Assembly (NCBI GenBank): GCA_044892525.1
Contig: CM097885.1
Coordinates: forward strand, 236,284,001-236,348,000
Direction: 5' to 3'
Source of the DNA: Schmidtea polychroa
Taxonomy: Eukaryota
Length of the DNA: 64,000 nt
Position numbers and translations under genes: made by a program. Of the stretch, positions 42,114 through 56,690 are shown in pieces (positions within the stretch are counted from its first letter, which is position 1; each line of letters begins with the position of its first letter). Under the pieces are notes generated by a model. That model saw nothing but the letters and a program-made list of their open reading frames with translations. It was not told where the DNA came from and searched no databases.

Positions 42114-43749
42114 CTAGACTCGACGCCAGATATTTCCAATGTCGATCAGTTGACTTTTATTTTTAGATATGTGCTGCCAGCTGGAGATATAAAAGAAAGA
42201 TTCATAGGGTTTTTGCCTATTAAAAAGCACGATGCTGCAAATTTAGAAGAACAGTTACTTAAAATATATGCAGAAAAAAAATATCCAGATTGATATTAAA
42301 CTTTATAGAGGACAGTCGTACGATAATGCTACAAATATGTCTGGGAAGTACACAGGATTGCAAGTTCGCATTAAAAAACATAGGTCTACAGCCGCGTATA
42401 TTCCTTGTTCCACACATTCGTTAAACCTTAAACTTAAATTCTTTTAAAATGATAGAAGGCCCATTTTAATTTTACCGCCCAGGGTCCACAAGTAACTTAA
42501 TCCGCCACTGGGTACAGTATAAGACACTTGTTTTATAAATAGAAAAATAAACACATTTTCGGTGAAATTTATCCAATGTTTTTTCAATTGGATTTTTATT
42601 TTTCCCGCTTCCCAAAAAATTTAGTGTCAACTGTATATTTAAAATATTCAAAACTTTTAGTTTGTTTTAATATGTCATAAGTATCATAATTAACAATTTC
42701 TTTTAAATATCCTGAAAGTTTTTAAAAATATTTTTGTCTTTTAAATCAACTATTTTTTAAACTTTATGTCAATTGTAAATGTCATACAAAGGTTAGACAT
42801 TAATTATAGCTTAAATCTTTCATTAACTTATTAATTTAGATTCACAGGTAATTGAATTATTTATCTTTCTAAATTAACTTTTTTAGTCATTTAAGCCAGG
42901 AAGGTACTCGAGGTAAATTTATAGTTTATTTAAAATTATTTTTTTTTGTTTTTAAGCACAGTTTATTCAAGATCAGGTTATTTTTATTTATATTTTATAA
43001 CTATAATGTTTATAAGTATATTTAACATACAATTACAAAGTGAGTAAAATTAATTTTATTACATCATGAAATACTTTATTAATTTTTTTTACATTAAAAT
43101 AAGTTACAGAATTTATCGATTAATTTCTACCAACATTTCGATATAAATAAATCTGAAATGCATTTCATTATATTAATTTTTTACAATTTTATTTTTGTTA
43201 TTTTAATCTACTCATTATTCAGGAATAATTGTCAAATTTAGAAAAAAATTGGAATATTGAAAAAAATGTTTTTTAATTTTTTAAAAGTGGTTTGACATTC
43301 AATCTAAACAATAATTAAATATTTTCATTAATATTGAGACTATTTTGGACCAATGGAAATTGCTTCAGAATTGTATATTGTTGAATTTATTGATTTTTTT
43401 GTAGCAAGATTATTGGTCTGATTATTAATAATTAATTAACAAAATCTAGCAATTTTGTTATTTTATTTACACTTCATTCAAATGATTATTACCATAACAA
43501 CCAAGGACATAATTAACATGCCAAAAACACAATTATTGTCGAACAACTTAATTATATGATATATTCTCTAGTGTGCCATCCTGACATTTCTTCATGTATG
43601 GAAGCATCTGTGGTTTTCATAGGTCTTCCGAAATCCTTTGATTTCTCTTTCAATCATTCTATCTTTCGTCGTTGTGTAATCATTAAGCTTGAATTTTAAT
43701 CTTTTTAGTAGGTCGTTGTTTCTCATTTCCTGAGTTCCTAGAGAATGTT

Positions 43750-44620
43750 TCTACTGCTGCATGGATCTTTGTTCTTTGGATATCTATTGGTTACTTATCG
43801 CAGTTCTTATTGCTTCTAAATTTGTGCAGTCATCAAATGGATATTTTATATCTATCATATTAGAAGACTTTGGGGACATATAATTTATTAATATCACAAA
43901 ACTGATTATCCTTCCAGAGGAAGTAATTATATTGTAAGTATCTTGAGCAAGATACACACACGCATTATATCGCACATTTGACATTCAGGCATACATTACA
44001 TAATAATCAGACATACAAATTCAACATGCTATAATATTATTTCAAACGGGTATTATTTACAGTTATCCTAAAATATCATATATAACTTCTCTTTTGTTCT
44101 TACAGCTGTGCCCGCCTTTAGTATTTCCATTACTTCGTTTGGTTTCTGTCTCGAAGCTTACGTTCCTACCTCTTAATAAGTCTTCTAGTGGTTTTTCTAT
44201 TTCGTTGTGCATGTTAGTTATTAATCTGCTTCCATATGTACAAACGATTAACATTTGTGCTGACGATTCGTGTGGGAAGTCGAAATTCCTGCATTTCGTT
44301 GGTCCTGTACTTCCTCCTTTCTTGTTTCATATTTAGATTTAGCATACTTGCTCTCGCCTTAACTATGAATATCCAATCTTGGTCCATTAGGTATTTGGGA
44401 ATTTTCCATGGCCGCAGATTGTGGAAGTCTCAGGATGTGACCTGGCCATATTTTTAAATATTTTTCGCGAGCCATCCAGTGAAGAGTTTTTGAAATTTTG
44501 TTAATATGTGGATTTTTCTTGGATCCTGCATTTATCATTGCATCCAATTGACATTTACACAATAAAGGTTTAAGTCAAATCACTGTTGACAATTCTGTAT
44601 TGTTGCTCTATGAATAGTAT
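43750..44620 (-). pseudogene. 3' remnant of a restriction-like-endonuclease non-LTR retrotransposon
   Basis: Degenerate CCHC knuckle (KCRNFDFPHESSAQMLIVC...HNEI) and IDIKYPFD. Confidence 0.65.
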
Positions 44621-45329
44621 CGGCGATAGCAGGCTATTTTATCGTTGTTCAAATGAAATTAGAATACATTTTGAACTCTGTCCTTTATATATGTCACTAT
44701 ATACACCTAAAAGAAACGATGTTACAAATTTGTAATAAGTATAAAACTTTTATTATGGAAATACTCAATCATGTAGCTTTCGGTATATATTCGGTGCTGA
44801 CAACATCCTATTTGATTTCTCATGATTTAGCGACAGTCCCCTCCCCTTTAATATCAATTATTATCAAAGATAAAAATATCATAATTTATATATTTTTTGT
44901 CAATCACTCTGTACACCTCAGTGAGTGAGTTAAATTATTAATAAATTTGTGCCATAATTTTGTAAACTTTGAACTGTTAAAAACTATTGCTATACTAATG
45001 TAATCTAAGATACTGAAAATGTTAACATACTTAACAATAGAAACACCAATAGTAAAAAAAAAGAAATGTCAATTGTTATTTATTATATTCTTATTCTTTC
45101 AGCAAATTTTCCTAGGAATGACATAATCAAATCCCAATCTGAATTGGAAAGAAAAGATTTATATTCTACACCCGCACGTAAGGATATTATATATATATTA
45201 CGAATGTAAATTTGAATATTATAAACATTACAAGCTTTGTGATACCCAGTGCAAATCCCAATAGTAAACTAGTTTCGAGCTTTTGGCTCTCATTAGTACT
45301 ATGCAAGAGACGCGAAGATTTCTCTTAGG

Positions 45330-46843
45330 TTATTTAGGTTACTTAGTGGATGAATGTCGGTCAACCCTAGACACTAGGATGATTATTGTCTTTAAGCCTT
45401 AATGGACCCGTACATGTCCTTCTGCACGTACTTTGATACTGCACAATGGCCCGAGAGGTCAATGGACAAGTGAGCCTCGTTACTGCCACTACTCCCCATT
45501 CAGATATCGTTAACTTTACGCTGCTGCTTCTAGAAGGATTCACACCTAGGTATCCTAACCCGTTTACATCTTCTCGATACTGATCGTTACTCATAAATTT
45601 AATCAAACTCAATAAAAAATAAAACAAAATCCTCACAAAGTCTAATACATTTATTTACGACAAAGAAATTTGTACAAAGTCTGTGTCCCATCGGTCTATG
45701 TCCACGTCCAGTATCCTCTCGTCAATTTTACTCAGGTCATTGGCTATTTTCCATAAAATTTTGTCTAGGCAGAATTGACGAAGATCTTCCCTTTACAGTC
45801 TTCGTCTTCGGTGTAAACACTTTCCTTTGTTCAATTTTTAACTTCCGTTTCATGGACGAGGTTGGAGTGACTCGTCTGATCTCTGTCCTGTTTGAGATAT
45901 TGGTATTAGCTTGGCTGGATTTAGATATGGGATCCTCCTCTTTAGCTCCGTTTCGATATATACCATCATCAGGGCCTTGATTTATTCGTTGATCAACAAC
46001 CATTGGACTCGATTTTCCGTACTTAACCCATCTATGGTCTGCTCGAGCCGCAATATTTTTTATTGAGTTCCTGGACCAGGTAGCTTGGTTCTTGTCCAAC
46101 AATGCTTGGGTTTGATTTAACGGTTGTACGAGTTTTTCCGTCTCGTGTTAATTGAACGCAGAACAATCGGTATATATATATACCATATTTCTGGTGTGCA
46201 AGTATGTGTGCGTGCATTGATGGAGTAAACAAATTCGAATTATTTTAATTCTTGTTAATTTAGATTCTTTTTTTTGTCGATTTTATTTTTTTTTTGTAAA
46301 TTAATTTTTGTTTTTATTTTCTAGATTTTATTTTTGATTAAATTTGCCACTATATGGGGCATTTCCAGAACATTCCCTCCTATTTTGTAATATTTTAGTA
46401 GATAAATCTTATTTTATTTGCTTTTTTAGTAATTCATTTTTTATAATTTTATATTAAAACTTGGTTGTTTGGTTTTGCTAATTTTATTAGGTTTTTTGGC
46501 GGCCATGGATTTTGCCGATTTTTATTTGTTTTCTATTATAATTTGGTCTTTAAATTATTTTTCTGTCCTAATTTTAATGAAAATTCTTTGATTTCCTGTT
46601 CTTATTTTGCTTTATCGCACTAATTCGAATTTGTTTATTGTTGTTATGTGTTGTATTTGAGTAAGTTTCATGTAGTACTTCTTGCTTATTTTTAATTTTT
46701 CTTTTAATTTGGGTATTTTAGTTTTGTGTACAGTGTTTTCTGTTATTTTTTGTTTACTTGATGTTTCTTATGTTTTATTTTGTTATGTGCTGATGTATTC
46801 CGTCACAATCCTAACTTTGGGTCTAAAATTCAGTTCTAGCACA
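45330..46843 (-). mobile_element. Probable further LTR-like element with decayed ORF(s); left boundary uncertain
   Basis: GC-richer block, minus-strand polyA signal, broken ORF 45737-46102, and a T-rich stretch ending CTAGCACA; layout resembles 27041-30901. Confidence 0.4.
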
Positions 46844-47119
46844 ATAAAGAGAATAAAATTAAACTTATTTTTGTATTCATTCCACTATAAAAATTAATTG
46901 ATTTATTTTTAAGAGCTGTCCTATTTTAATTGTTATGTTATTATTGAAGTCTTATTTATATTTTGAGTATTATATAATTATTTTAAATTATATTATTATT
47001 TTTGGTGTTAATTAAAAAAATTATTAACAAATTGAATATTGTTATTAACGTCTGCTTTAACATTATTGTAATACTGTTACAAAATTACACAATAAAATAA
47101 TTAAGTCCGATAAAACCAT

Positions 47120-48646
47120 GGTTTTGTGATATGTCATTACGCGACAACCTATCACGTTGAATAATAATTGTAAGATAAAAATCAATTTAGAAAATTGTAT
47201 AAAATAAAATAATATTAAATTAAATGTTTCATTCGTGTGATAAAAAAGCGATAGCTCTCAGAAAATCAACGTTTGACATCCTACTGTACCTTGAAACTGT
47301 TGTTTTCACTCTTCTGCGAATATTTCGATATCTTTTAGAAGTGACGTAATTCTGACCTGTTGTGAAACTTAAATATTCGGAAAATTGGTTTGCAATATCT
47401 TTTTTGATTCTTCAAAAAACTTCCAAATATTGGAATGATTACATTGAAAAAGAGACTGAAAAGAAAAGTGCCATCCTTTAACCGAATTCGTCGTCCTTGC
47501 GATTCCATCAACAGATGATTGATTTTGATTCCAGATTGTAATAGAAAAAAATTGGCTCACGGTAACTTTCAACTACTCCCGGTAGTCGTCTTCCCCGAAT
47601 GTACGTTAGTTCGAAACATGACAGCAACTCCTGTGTTTTTTCTGTTACTGGAAAAAGGGCGCTAATTATGTTTGCTTCAGGCACCATCGCTAAAGCAGGA
47701 AGACAACGAATGAGCATTCTAAGTTCGTTATCGTGTTCATAATCACTCTGAAGACCGATATTACGAACTTTTCTTTGAACACTCTGACAGAGATGAAAAT
47801 AACAGCCAGTTATTAGATAGCTCTATAGATAGCTCGAAAAACATTTATTGCTGCCATTTCAAAATCAACCAAAATTTTTGTTGGGTTTGCTTCAGGAACC
47901 AAGATTGAAATCAGATTTACCATTCGAGTGTATGTTCGCATTGTTTTATTCTGCAAAAGGCAATATATTGCTGCTGGGCAATGTCCAGACGTAAGCTCAA
48001 AATAAATGGAATATAATTGAAAAAAAAATTGAGGGAACAACATCGAAGGTTCCATCCGCCAACCAAAGATTGACTCTTTCGAATCCAGGAAGTACACCTC
48101 GGGAACCGAATATAATTATTCTTCGTCTACAAGTATGATATCGTTAAAAAGTTCCGGAATTACTAAAAAACGTCTTGTGGAATACTGAGATTGTTAAGAG
48201 GATTATTTGAAGCCTTGGCTCGTTGTATTGTTCTTTTAAGAGATTGTTTTTAGGAAGTCCCAGCATTATATGAGTTGTCTTTTCGTTTACGGATCCAATA
48301 ATAGAATTTAGATTTTCAGCAGTAGTTAATGCACGATTTTTCATTTCTTGAACTGCTATTCTTGCTAACAAATGCTCTATATTACTAGTGTGATAGTGAG
48401 CTGAATTATTTGTTATTGTAGCCTTACAACCAAACTTTGGATAAAACTTACATCTCCACTGAATAATTGTTTCTTGTTTCAATGCTTATTATATTCAAAA
48501 TTTTCAAAAATTACTGTTTGTTTTCCCCTTGAAGAAACTCCAAATTCATATCAATCCATTTGTAATCGTTTATTTAATAAAATTATATTTATTAATTAAA
48601 AATATATGAAATGATAAGTTGTCGCGTGATAAATTGTCTGTACACG
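47120..48646 (-). mobile_element. MULE/Mutator transposon, decayed
   Basis: 9-bp TSD TAAAACCAT (47111-47119, 48647-48655) and imperfect TIRs containing ACGCGACAAC. Transposase fragments include WRC..GCKA, LLQNKT..TY, DFEMAAIN, FHLCQSV and RTTNSVKGWH. Confidence 0.9.
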
Positions 48647-51600
48647 TAAAACCATATATAAAATGTGCTAATTAATATTTACAGTTTCATCACGAATAAT
48701 AAGTCAGAATGTTTAATAGTAAATGTCAAATAAGCTGTTTTGATGTTATTGGTATTGGATTGGATTGAATTGACCCTGATTGATTGTTCTGCTCCTGTCA
48801 TTCATCTTTTTTCTGCATATATGTTTACGCGATATTTGTTCCTTCCTAACCTGTAGTATTTCGTTAGTTCGAAGTTTTCGATTGATCTTCCAACAATTTA
48901 TTATATTTGTTTTATTTACTTTTCTTAATTATTATATTTTTATTATGGTTTGCTTGATGTTTTTCGTATTATTTTAAGTATTTTTCTTGCGGTGTATGTG
49001 TTGGTGCCCTACTTTGTCTTTGCCTGGTTTTAGTCCAACATTACGAAGATTATGATGCACGTATTATTGCATTTTATATATATTAAAAAATTATCCAAAT
49101 CACAAAACTATTATATCATTTCAATTTCAATTATTCTTTTAGTGAAAAATCAAATATTAATATTAGAAAATCAGAAGTCATTAAAAAATCTTAAACACAC
49201 TGAACACAGTAAATATGGGTATCAATAAAGTCCAACATTTCATTAATATTTAGAAAGGTACAAATCACTGGATATTGAAACCAATGATAGTGGTTACACA
49301 AATTATTTTTTATTTTTTAAATGTTTTTATATATATTGAAGAGAGTTTTCAAAAAGGAAGCGGGAATAGAAAATCAGGAAATAAAAATAAAAATACGGAA
49401 AATGAAAATGGCATGTATTCACTTACAGAAGAATTCAGCACCGTTAGTAGAAAAGGTTATAAATCGATTTTTTGTAATTTTTCTAGAAATTTAGATTTTT
49501 ATAATTTATAATTCGTATTACAATATATTGTTACATATAATATATTAGCATATATTAGTTTTTCCACATTACCTAAAATTCCACTGAGTAATTGCATTAA
49601 GTTATTGTCTAAAATAAATACACAAAGATAAAGATTTTAAAGTCACATCTTGATTCAATGTTCTAATATTTGAATTATTTAATAGAAATACTCGAATTGA
49701 AAGTTGAAAATAGTAGAACCGGATAAATATCGTTTTGCGTTAAAGGGGTAACGAAATGCAAAAAAAATGCTAATGTTCAGACCTTGCAATCTAAGTTTAC
49801 CTTGCCTGTGGAGTCACAAAAGGCATACTAAAAGAGGGCTTATTTGGAACGTTAGAGTTTCCTGACATCCATTAGCTTAGGTCCCATTTGGCACAGTAGT
49901 CTACAGGACATGACCATTATGACAACTGCCTGACAATTATACTTGCCTGTGACATCCCGATAACCGAAATATACGTCAATTTACTTTTTTGCGATTGTTT
50001 TTTTAGTGTGGGCCAGAAAATTTATGAAATATGGTAGAAATGACTTTGAAGCTTTAATATAAAGAAATGAAAAACGAAACTTGACTAACTTAAAATAGTT
50101 TTGATGGTATCATAAAATTACATATTTTTGTATATTTTTGTTAACCCTAAAATCCTGTGAATACCACGCCCTGCTTTTTTTTTAAATTAAAACACGAACT
50201 TCAATAAATGTGTTATAAAATTTAATTTTTAATTTTATCTGGCCAAAACCAATAAAATAATTGATTTATTATTTAAATCCATAAAAATAGTATCAAAAAA
50301 AAGAATCTCATTTTCATGAGTAAAACACCTTGAAACAGTTGAACATGTTGAAATTTACAGTAATCGTGAATCAGGATGGGGATGCAATGTTAATGAAGGC
50401 TCAGTTAGAGAATGAAAGAAGACATAAACCATTCTGGAAGCAATGAAGTCTAAAAAAGGGCCATATGAGAAAGAAGTACGCATTTACCAGTTTTGGAAGC
50501 TGAAATTAAGACGGGAAGGTAGATGTGTTTCCACAACTTCAATAAAATTAAAAGTCATTTCATTAGCAAATCATTAAAGGACTTAAGACTTCAAGGAAAG
50601 CGCCCAATGGTGTAAAAAGTTATGCATAGAGAAAGATAAAAAATAAAGAAAAATAAAATTATTAGATTGTTGTTTACAATGGGCTGAATAAATGCCAAAC
50701 AAAAGAATTCTGACGTAAAAATTGCTATTTTTAGGTTCAATTAATCATTCGTTTAATTCATTCTAACATCAATAAGTCAGATTTGATCATTTAATTCATA
50801 TATTCAACCATTAATGAGATGATTACTCGAGTTACAGCGTGTCTTTGATCCACAAATCCCCAACATGATTTTGAAAATTACAGTGGTTTTCTTCCATTCA
50901 TCTACAAAAAATCTTTGACTGGCTTACATGGCAACGATATTAGTATTGTGTTATCATAGTTGAAAATAGACTGAGGTGAGCTATGCTCCCAGCATTACTC
51001 ATTTTTGCATAACCCGGGATCTTGGCTGAGAAGAAGTCAAACAATACTCTACAATTTTCAGTCTGGCGATACTTTTGAAAGTCATGAGATTGGCTTGATC
51101 ACTCAGAAATTTCTTTCCTGGTATTTTGACAAGTTAGTGTTTCTTTTCAGACCTCTTCTGTCCTGGAGTTTAGTAGCACGCGATTGCCTGAAATTCATCA
51201 AAATGGAAAATGCTAAAACATTCAAGTTAACTTGCAGATGGAATCTATAGACTTGCAATCAAATATGCAATTAAAAGAAAAGTTCATTCAGCCAGTTTAC
51301 ATATTTAACTTTTATAAATATGTGCGTAAACAGAAATGAAACATCCATGCAATGATTTACATTGTGGAATTCTGTTAAAAACTCATCAAAATTCTGGATG
51401 AACACTTAAAAACATCAGTCCATTCAATCTTTCTTCCCTATCGTGTTTCGGTTATCAGTTTTGACTTGCTTCATTTTTCTCAATAAACGCTCCACTTTTG
51501 CATTTGTAACTGGAATTACTGCATAGATTACCAGCTAATTTTAGATTTTTGGGAACATTTCCTTTTGAAAAAGTTTCAAGTGATTTGAAACATATTTTGT

Positions 51601-52382
51601 TTTTCGCTCAGTCATTTCTGCCACGTCTCCACTTCTCCAACGAATGAATCAAAAGATCTTTTCAAGTTTTTACTATAAAATTCAAAAGGTCTTCACGGGT
51701 TCAGCTTCACATTTTCATCAACTTTCCATTACTCATTGTAAATGAGTTTGCTGAATTCAGACAGAACACTTGTTCTTAAAGATGATGATGATGATAATAA
51801 TAATAATAAAAATAATAATAATAATAAAGATATACAAAAAATAAAGTTTATCCTTATCATACCAGTTTTTTGGAAATTGCAATGATTTTTTATCTTTTTT
51901 TTATATTCTTCTTTTTTCTTTCGAAATGGGAAGCTAATTTGTCCGTCAGTGCCCCTTTGTCTATGAGCTTGCTCCTTTAAATAGTTAGCGATTTAGCTAG
52001 GATTTCCTATAGAATAGTCACTATTTATTAGCCGCACTGTGTTACTCGAACTACATTCACAAAAAGGAGTATTTAAATAAACACCTTGTTTTTTCATTTA
52101 TATATTTCTATTCTTTCATATTTTGCTTAACACTAGATTTACTGACATTAAATGACAATTTGACGGGTGTCCGTAAAAATAGGTATATACAACATATTTC
52201 ACGCTAAACTAAAAGGGCCACAAAAAAGGATAGTAATATATTCGCCTATCATTGTATCATTAATAAGCAACATAAAAAATTTGGAAATAATAATATTTCT
52301 CTTGTATTTTTAATTTTAAAAATTAAATCCGTTTAACTTTTAAAATATTTACTAACTAAATTTTATTATTTCTAATATTTAG

Positions 52383-55017
52383 ATTCAAAATCTGATTTTA
52401 CCACAGAAGGTAACCCTCATTTATTTAGAAATTATACTTAGATCTTTTTCAAATTTTTTCATTAGAAATGGAAAAGAGAATTTTAATTGAGAAAATACAT
52501 CTATTGGAATCTGATTTAAAACGTTTTAAAAAATATTTTTCTTTAATAAATAATATTAATTTCTCTAGATAAGCATGAGGCTATTTTAAAAATTCGTAAA
52601 AAATATCAAGATAGTCGAGTCAACAGTCAAGAGTTGATAGAATTTAAAAAATATAAAGCCCGATGTCTTTTTTTAGAAAATCAAAACGAAGAATTTCAAC
52701 AGAAAATTGAAAGTCTAACAGATTTGAATCGGTTTGATTTTTTTTAATGTTATTTAATATTTGTGAGGTCGAGAAAAATTTATCATACATTTGTATCATT
52801 TATTCGTAAAAACTAATGGAAATTGAATAACACTCATATGACGAGACTTTCTTTCATTTCGATATAGATTGAATTATTTTTAATTCTTAACACTAGAACC
52901 GTCAAAGAAGTCATTTCGACGTTTTGTGGCATATCTTGTATTGTAGTTTCCAAAAGCTGAAACTTTGAAACTCTATGACATTTCATGAATTATAGTTTAC
53001 ATTTTTGAAAGTCTGAAACAAATATTAATTGTTTATAAAAATTTAATTTAATAAAAATCAGTGGCTAGGAGAATCGCCAGTATAATAGGATTCAGTGTGC
53101 CTCGGAAACATTACAAAGACCAAATGTGCAAAATGAAGAGTCGAAGTTCAAAGAAGAGTCTAGAAAAGAAGACAGGTGCTAGGACAATTGGCAGAAGATA
53201 GTGGGTTATCTGCAAAATAGAAGATTGTACGTTTTCTAAAGAGTGTTTGAGGTTGATTTCAATGCTTTGGTGATGGGTCTCATTGATGAAAAGTCCATTT
53301 TAACAATATTTCTCCCAATAAGCAAACTACAATTTCGGAAATTTGTTAACATAAATTACCACTTGAATTACACATGAATTACACACCCAAAATAATGCTT
53401 CAAATAAAAGAACATAGTTATGTCACATGTACACTGAAAATTCATGAATACAAACTCTAAAAAACCAGTAGAAAAAGTTATGATAAAACAAAGTTGTGAT
53501 ATCGTTTTGGGGAGTGTTTTGTATGAATATTTCGCCTGTCCAATGGTAACGTATTTCAGTATAAGAATTAGACAATGCAGTTGTTGATGACTTGATTCGC
53601 TGTTGATGGTATCGAAATTTTTGTTGATTTTAATCAGTTTCCCATGTAAGATTTTTATAGATTTCGATAAGGCTGTCTAAAGGCTCACTACAAATAGGAA
53701 ACAATATCGACTCATTCGTCTTAATGGCTTGAACTCAAAATTTGGATTTTTATTGGAGGTTCAGAGTTTTGTTAATTGCGAGGATTTGAATACTCATCGC
53801 CCAAATTACTCTTACTTAGCAAATCTTTATGACATTAATGTCGATGACAGAACTGTTCAATAAAAATTCTACTTACTACGATAGGTGGTGGTTTACCGTC
53901 GACGATCTTGGACCTTATTTCTTTCTTTGTATCCTGTGTTGATAATATCTTTCCCAATTTCAGCATTGCTCTGCAAATTCCTTTAACAATTAAATTTTAT
54001 TCAGATTTTTTGACTCCTCGTAGGTGTGATATTTAATTTATAATTGTTATAGCGAGAACGGCCTATCAAAGAAGCGAAAATATAGTCAAATTGTCGTAAC
54101 GGTTGAAAAATAAAGCAAGAAAATGAAACGCGAAAATATATGAAGTGACATTTAGAGCGGCATATTTCAAATCCTTTCAGTTTGCGGTGGTTTCTCATAG
54201 GGTCACTTGTCCCTCGTGTTAAGTGAAGTCCGTTTGTTTCTTAGTGATTTTATAGTAAAACTAAAACTTTGGTTGATTTTCTTATTCTGATCAAAAATAA
54301 TGAGCTCCTTCCTAATCTTAACTCGGCAGAAGAATTCTTATTGTATGTGGCAGTTCAATTTTTAATTGTCTGTTTATATCTATAACGATTATTTGTAAGT
54401 GTAAATTATATGTACACCAGATTTTGATTTTTGAAAATTGAATGAATTGTAAAACACTAATTAAAACAAAATTAGTTGCCTTTTCCATATGATTCTAGGA
54501 TATTTCAGATTTCTTGAATGTGGATTTTTGGCATTGTTAGTGATTAATAATTATAATTTGTAACGTTTTGGAATTTCTAATTTTTTCATAAGTTTTTTCA
54601 TATTTTTACATTTTAGGAACTTAAAAGACCAACTAAATTTAGCTAAACAAGAAAATAATTATTTACTATCAGATATAGAAAATATTAAATTACTTAATTT
54701 GAAGAAAGGAAAATACAAATCCGAAGGGTTACAATAATATTTCCATTGAATTCAGTGAAAAATATTTTATATTTTACAATACTTTTAGAAATATATATTC
54801 AAAAGTACTTAACAAAAAAAGCGAAACAAAGAATGATATTTTAGATTCAAATTTTAATACAAAAAAGAGTGGCAACAAAACAAATTCTACTTTCAGTTTT
54901 GAAAGATATCATGAAGAAATTTCACCTAGAAATGTTAATTATTTTATTCCAAATGTTTTATAATTTTAATTTCAGAACTTTCCTTCCTGGTGGTCCAAAC
55001 ATATTCCAAATGTCTAA
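52383..55017 (+). CDS. 3' exons of a host coiled-coil protein gene; upstream exons probably at ~42885-43430 and ~49143-49455
   Basis: AG/GT-bounded exons at about 52383, 52465, 52569, 54617, 54789 and 54976 have ~45-60-nt introns. The last three splice in frame to TAA at 55017. Product not recognised. Confidence 0.6.
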
Positions 55018-55490
55018 ATTTTTCTATTAGTAAAGCCATATCATTTTTTATCTATGGTCAGCTTTACATATTTTGAATGGTTTTTAAGATGTTATTACTT
55101 CTAATGCTTAAAATGCTTTACTTGATTAATTTTCGAAAATTATTTTTTATTTTAATTTAATTAATTATTTAAAACCATTTTTTGATTTTGATTTTCGAAA
55201 ATCAATTGAAAATGAATTTGTAGAAATTCTAAAGTACTAAAAGTTCGTTTTAGATAAAATAGGAATTTATTTGTTCGGGCGACATAAAATCTTGAACAGT
55301 GAGCTCTGGTATCTTGAAACTTGTACGTCGTTTTCTATCTTGAATTTATTGGTCAGCACAACTATATTTTTGCAATGACCTATGAATCTTTAAAATATCC
55401 ATTCAACAATGGGCACTATCACTTGTTCCAAAGCTATGAATGTGTCTTTAATGCACAGATAGGCAATGAGATCATCATTATTGCTGGGTA

Positions 55491-56690
55491 TGTTGGCGAG
55501 TAAGTGATATTTCATTTAAAGTGTATGATTACTTATAGATTTGGTATCTACTCTTCCATAAACTCCTTCATGATTATTTTCTTACCATCCGCGTATGCAT
55601 GGCAACAACTATGTTGGTAATGTACACAGTGGCTGAAAATCAATGAGCAGATGAGCTCCACTACTAGAACTACTCCTTATTCCCTTTTCATTTTCGAGTT
55701 CAAGATTGTAGGTAGAATGTAGGTAGAATTAATTTTGATTATCTATCCTTTTCTTACATTATTGTTTCTCCTTGTTCGATTAATTATGGTCCTCACTACT
55801 TGATGATATTCAATGTTACCTTCGAAAATTTTGCGCGGGGATCCGCCCTTATTTACTATTTTCTAAATGTTGTCCTAGATTTTGTACAATAATTGTGCTT
55901 TGAAAATATTTGAGTAGGGATCTGTCCTTATTTCTATTTCTGAGCTATGTGGAATCTAATTGCTAACTATTCGGCACAGTCGAACGTTATGCCACTTTAA
56001 TTTGATTTTGGTTTTTCCTAACCGACACCCCAGAATACCTGACTGTCATTCTGGACAGTTTTGCGTAGAGTTTTCGCCGTTGGGACGACACTTGGATCGT
56101 TCCAGTTTTCTACCTAGCGGGTCCTCAAATCTATCTTTTCTAGCCTCATGAGAACAAATCTGTCCTCTTTGTTCCACCCGGATTCCAAACAGTGACAATC
56201 GTTGGAATCGTTGAAGATACAACCTGTAGGGCTATGATATAAGATGCCTCGAAGAGCTCGCCTGTCTACACCCCTAGTTTTCGCTCACCCGAGCTACCGA
56301 CAGGCTGGTCCTTGACCACACTGGAATCTCCCCTAACTCCAAGGAAGTCCGCTTTAGGTTCTCCTTTGTGTTCATGGAACCTTCAGTTGATACACATTCG
56401 ATAATAATTTAGGGCTGTCTCTAAGGCATGATCAAGTTTCATAGAAATAGACAATAAAAAGAACAAAAATTAAATAAAACGTTAATATTTATTCGCTTAT
56501 AAATTACCTTACACCTAAATAAAACTTACTAACAAAGCATAAAATTCATAAATCACCGAAAAACTGAGAGCAAGTTGGTTAACAAGATAGTTAACAAGTT
56601 GACAAATTTTTAACTTTTGAAAATGGATTTTCGGCCGGTATTTATATTGATTTGTGTTGCCTTACTAAGCATTTCTTGCCATTCTCTCAA
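55491..56690 (-). mobile_element. Truncated copy of the 39514-41289 LTR-like family
   Basis: Starts TGTTGGCG, is colinear with 39514-39970, and shares AAAACTGAGAGCA and GTATTTATA blocks. Confidence 0.7.

Larger units (their letters stand above)
39060..42510 (+). pseudogene. hAT (ZMYM1-like) transposase remnant split by two insertions
   Basis: The pieces rejoin: LGFRGH...CDEFRQ | IISDSV...YSIIV | DSTPDISNVDQL...ERFIGF...RGQSYDNATNMSG...PCSTHSLNL. It ends TTAATCCGCCACTG at 42510. Confidence 0.88.

Noticed and set aside
52887..54225. TTAA-CACTAG ends suggesting piggyBac-like relics (also at 52127)
   Set aside because: No matching second TIR or convincing transposase frame could be established.
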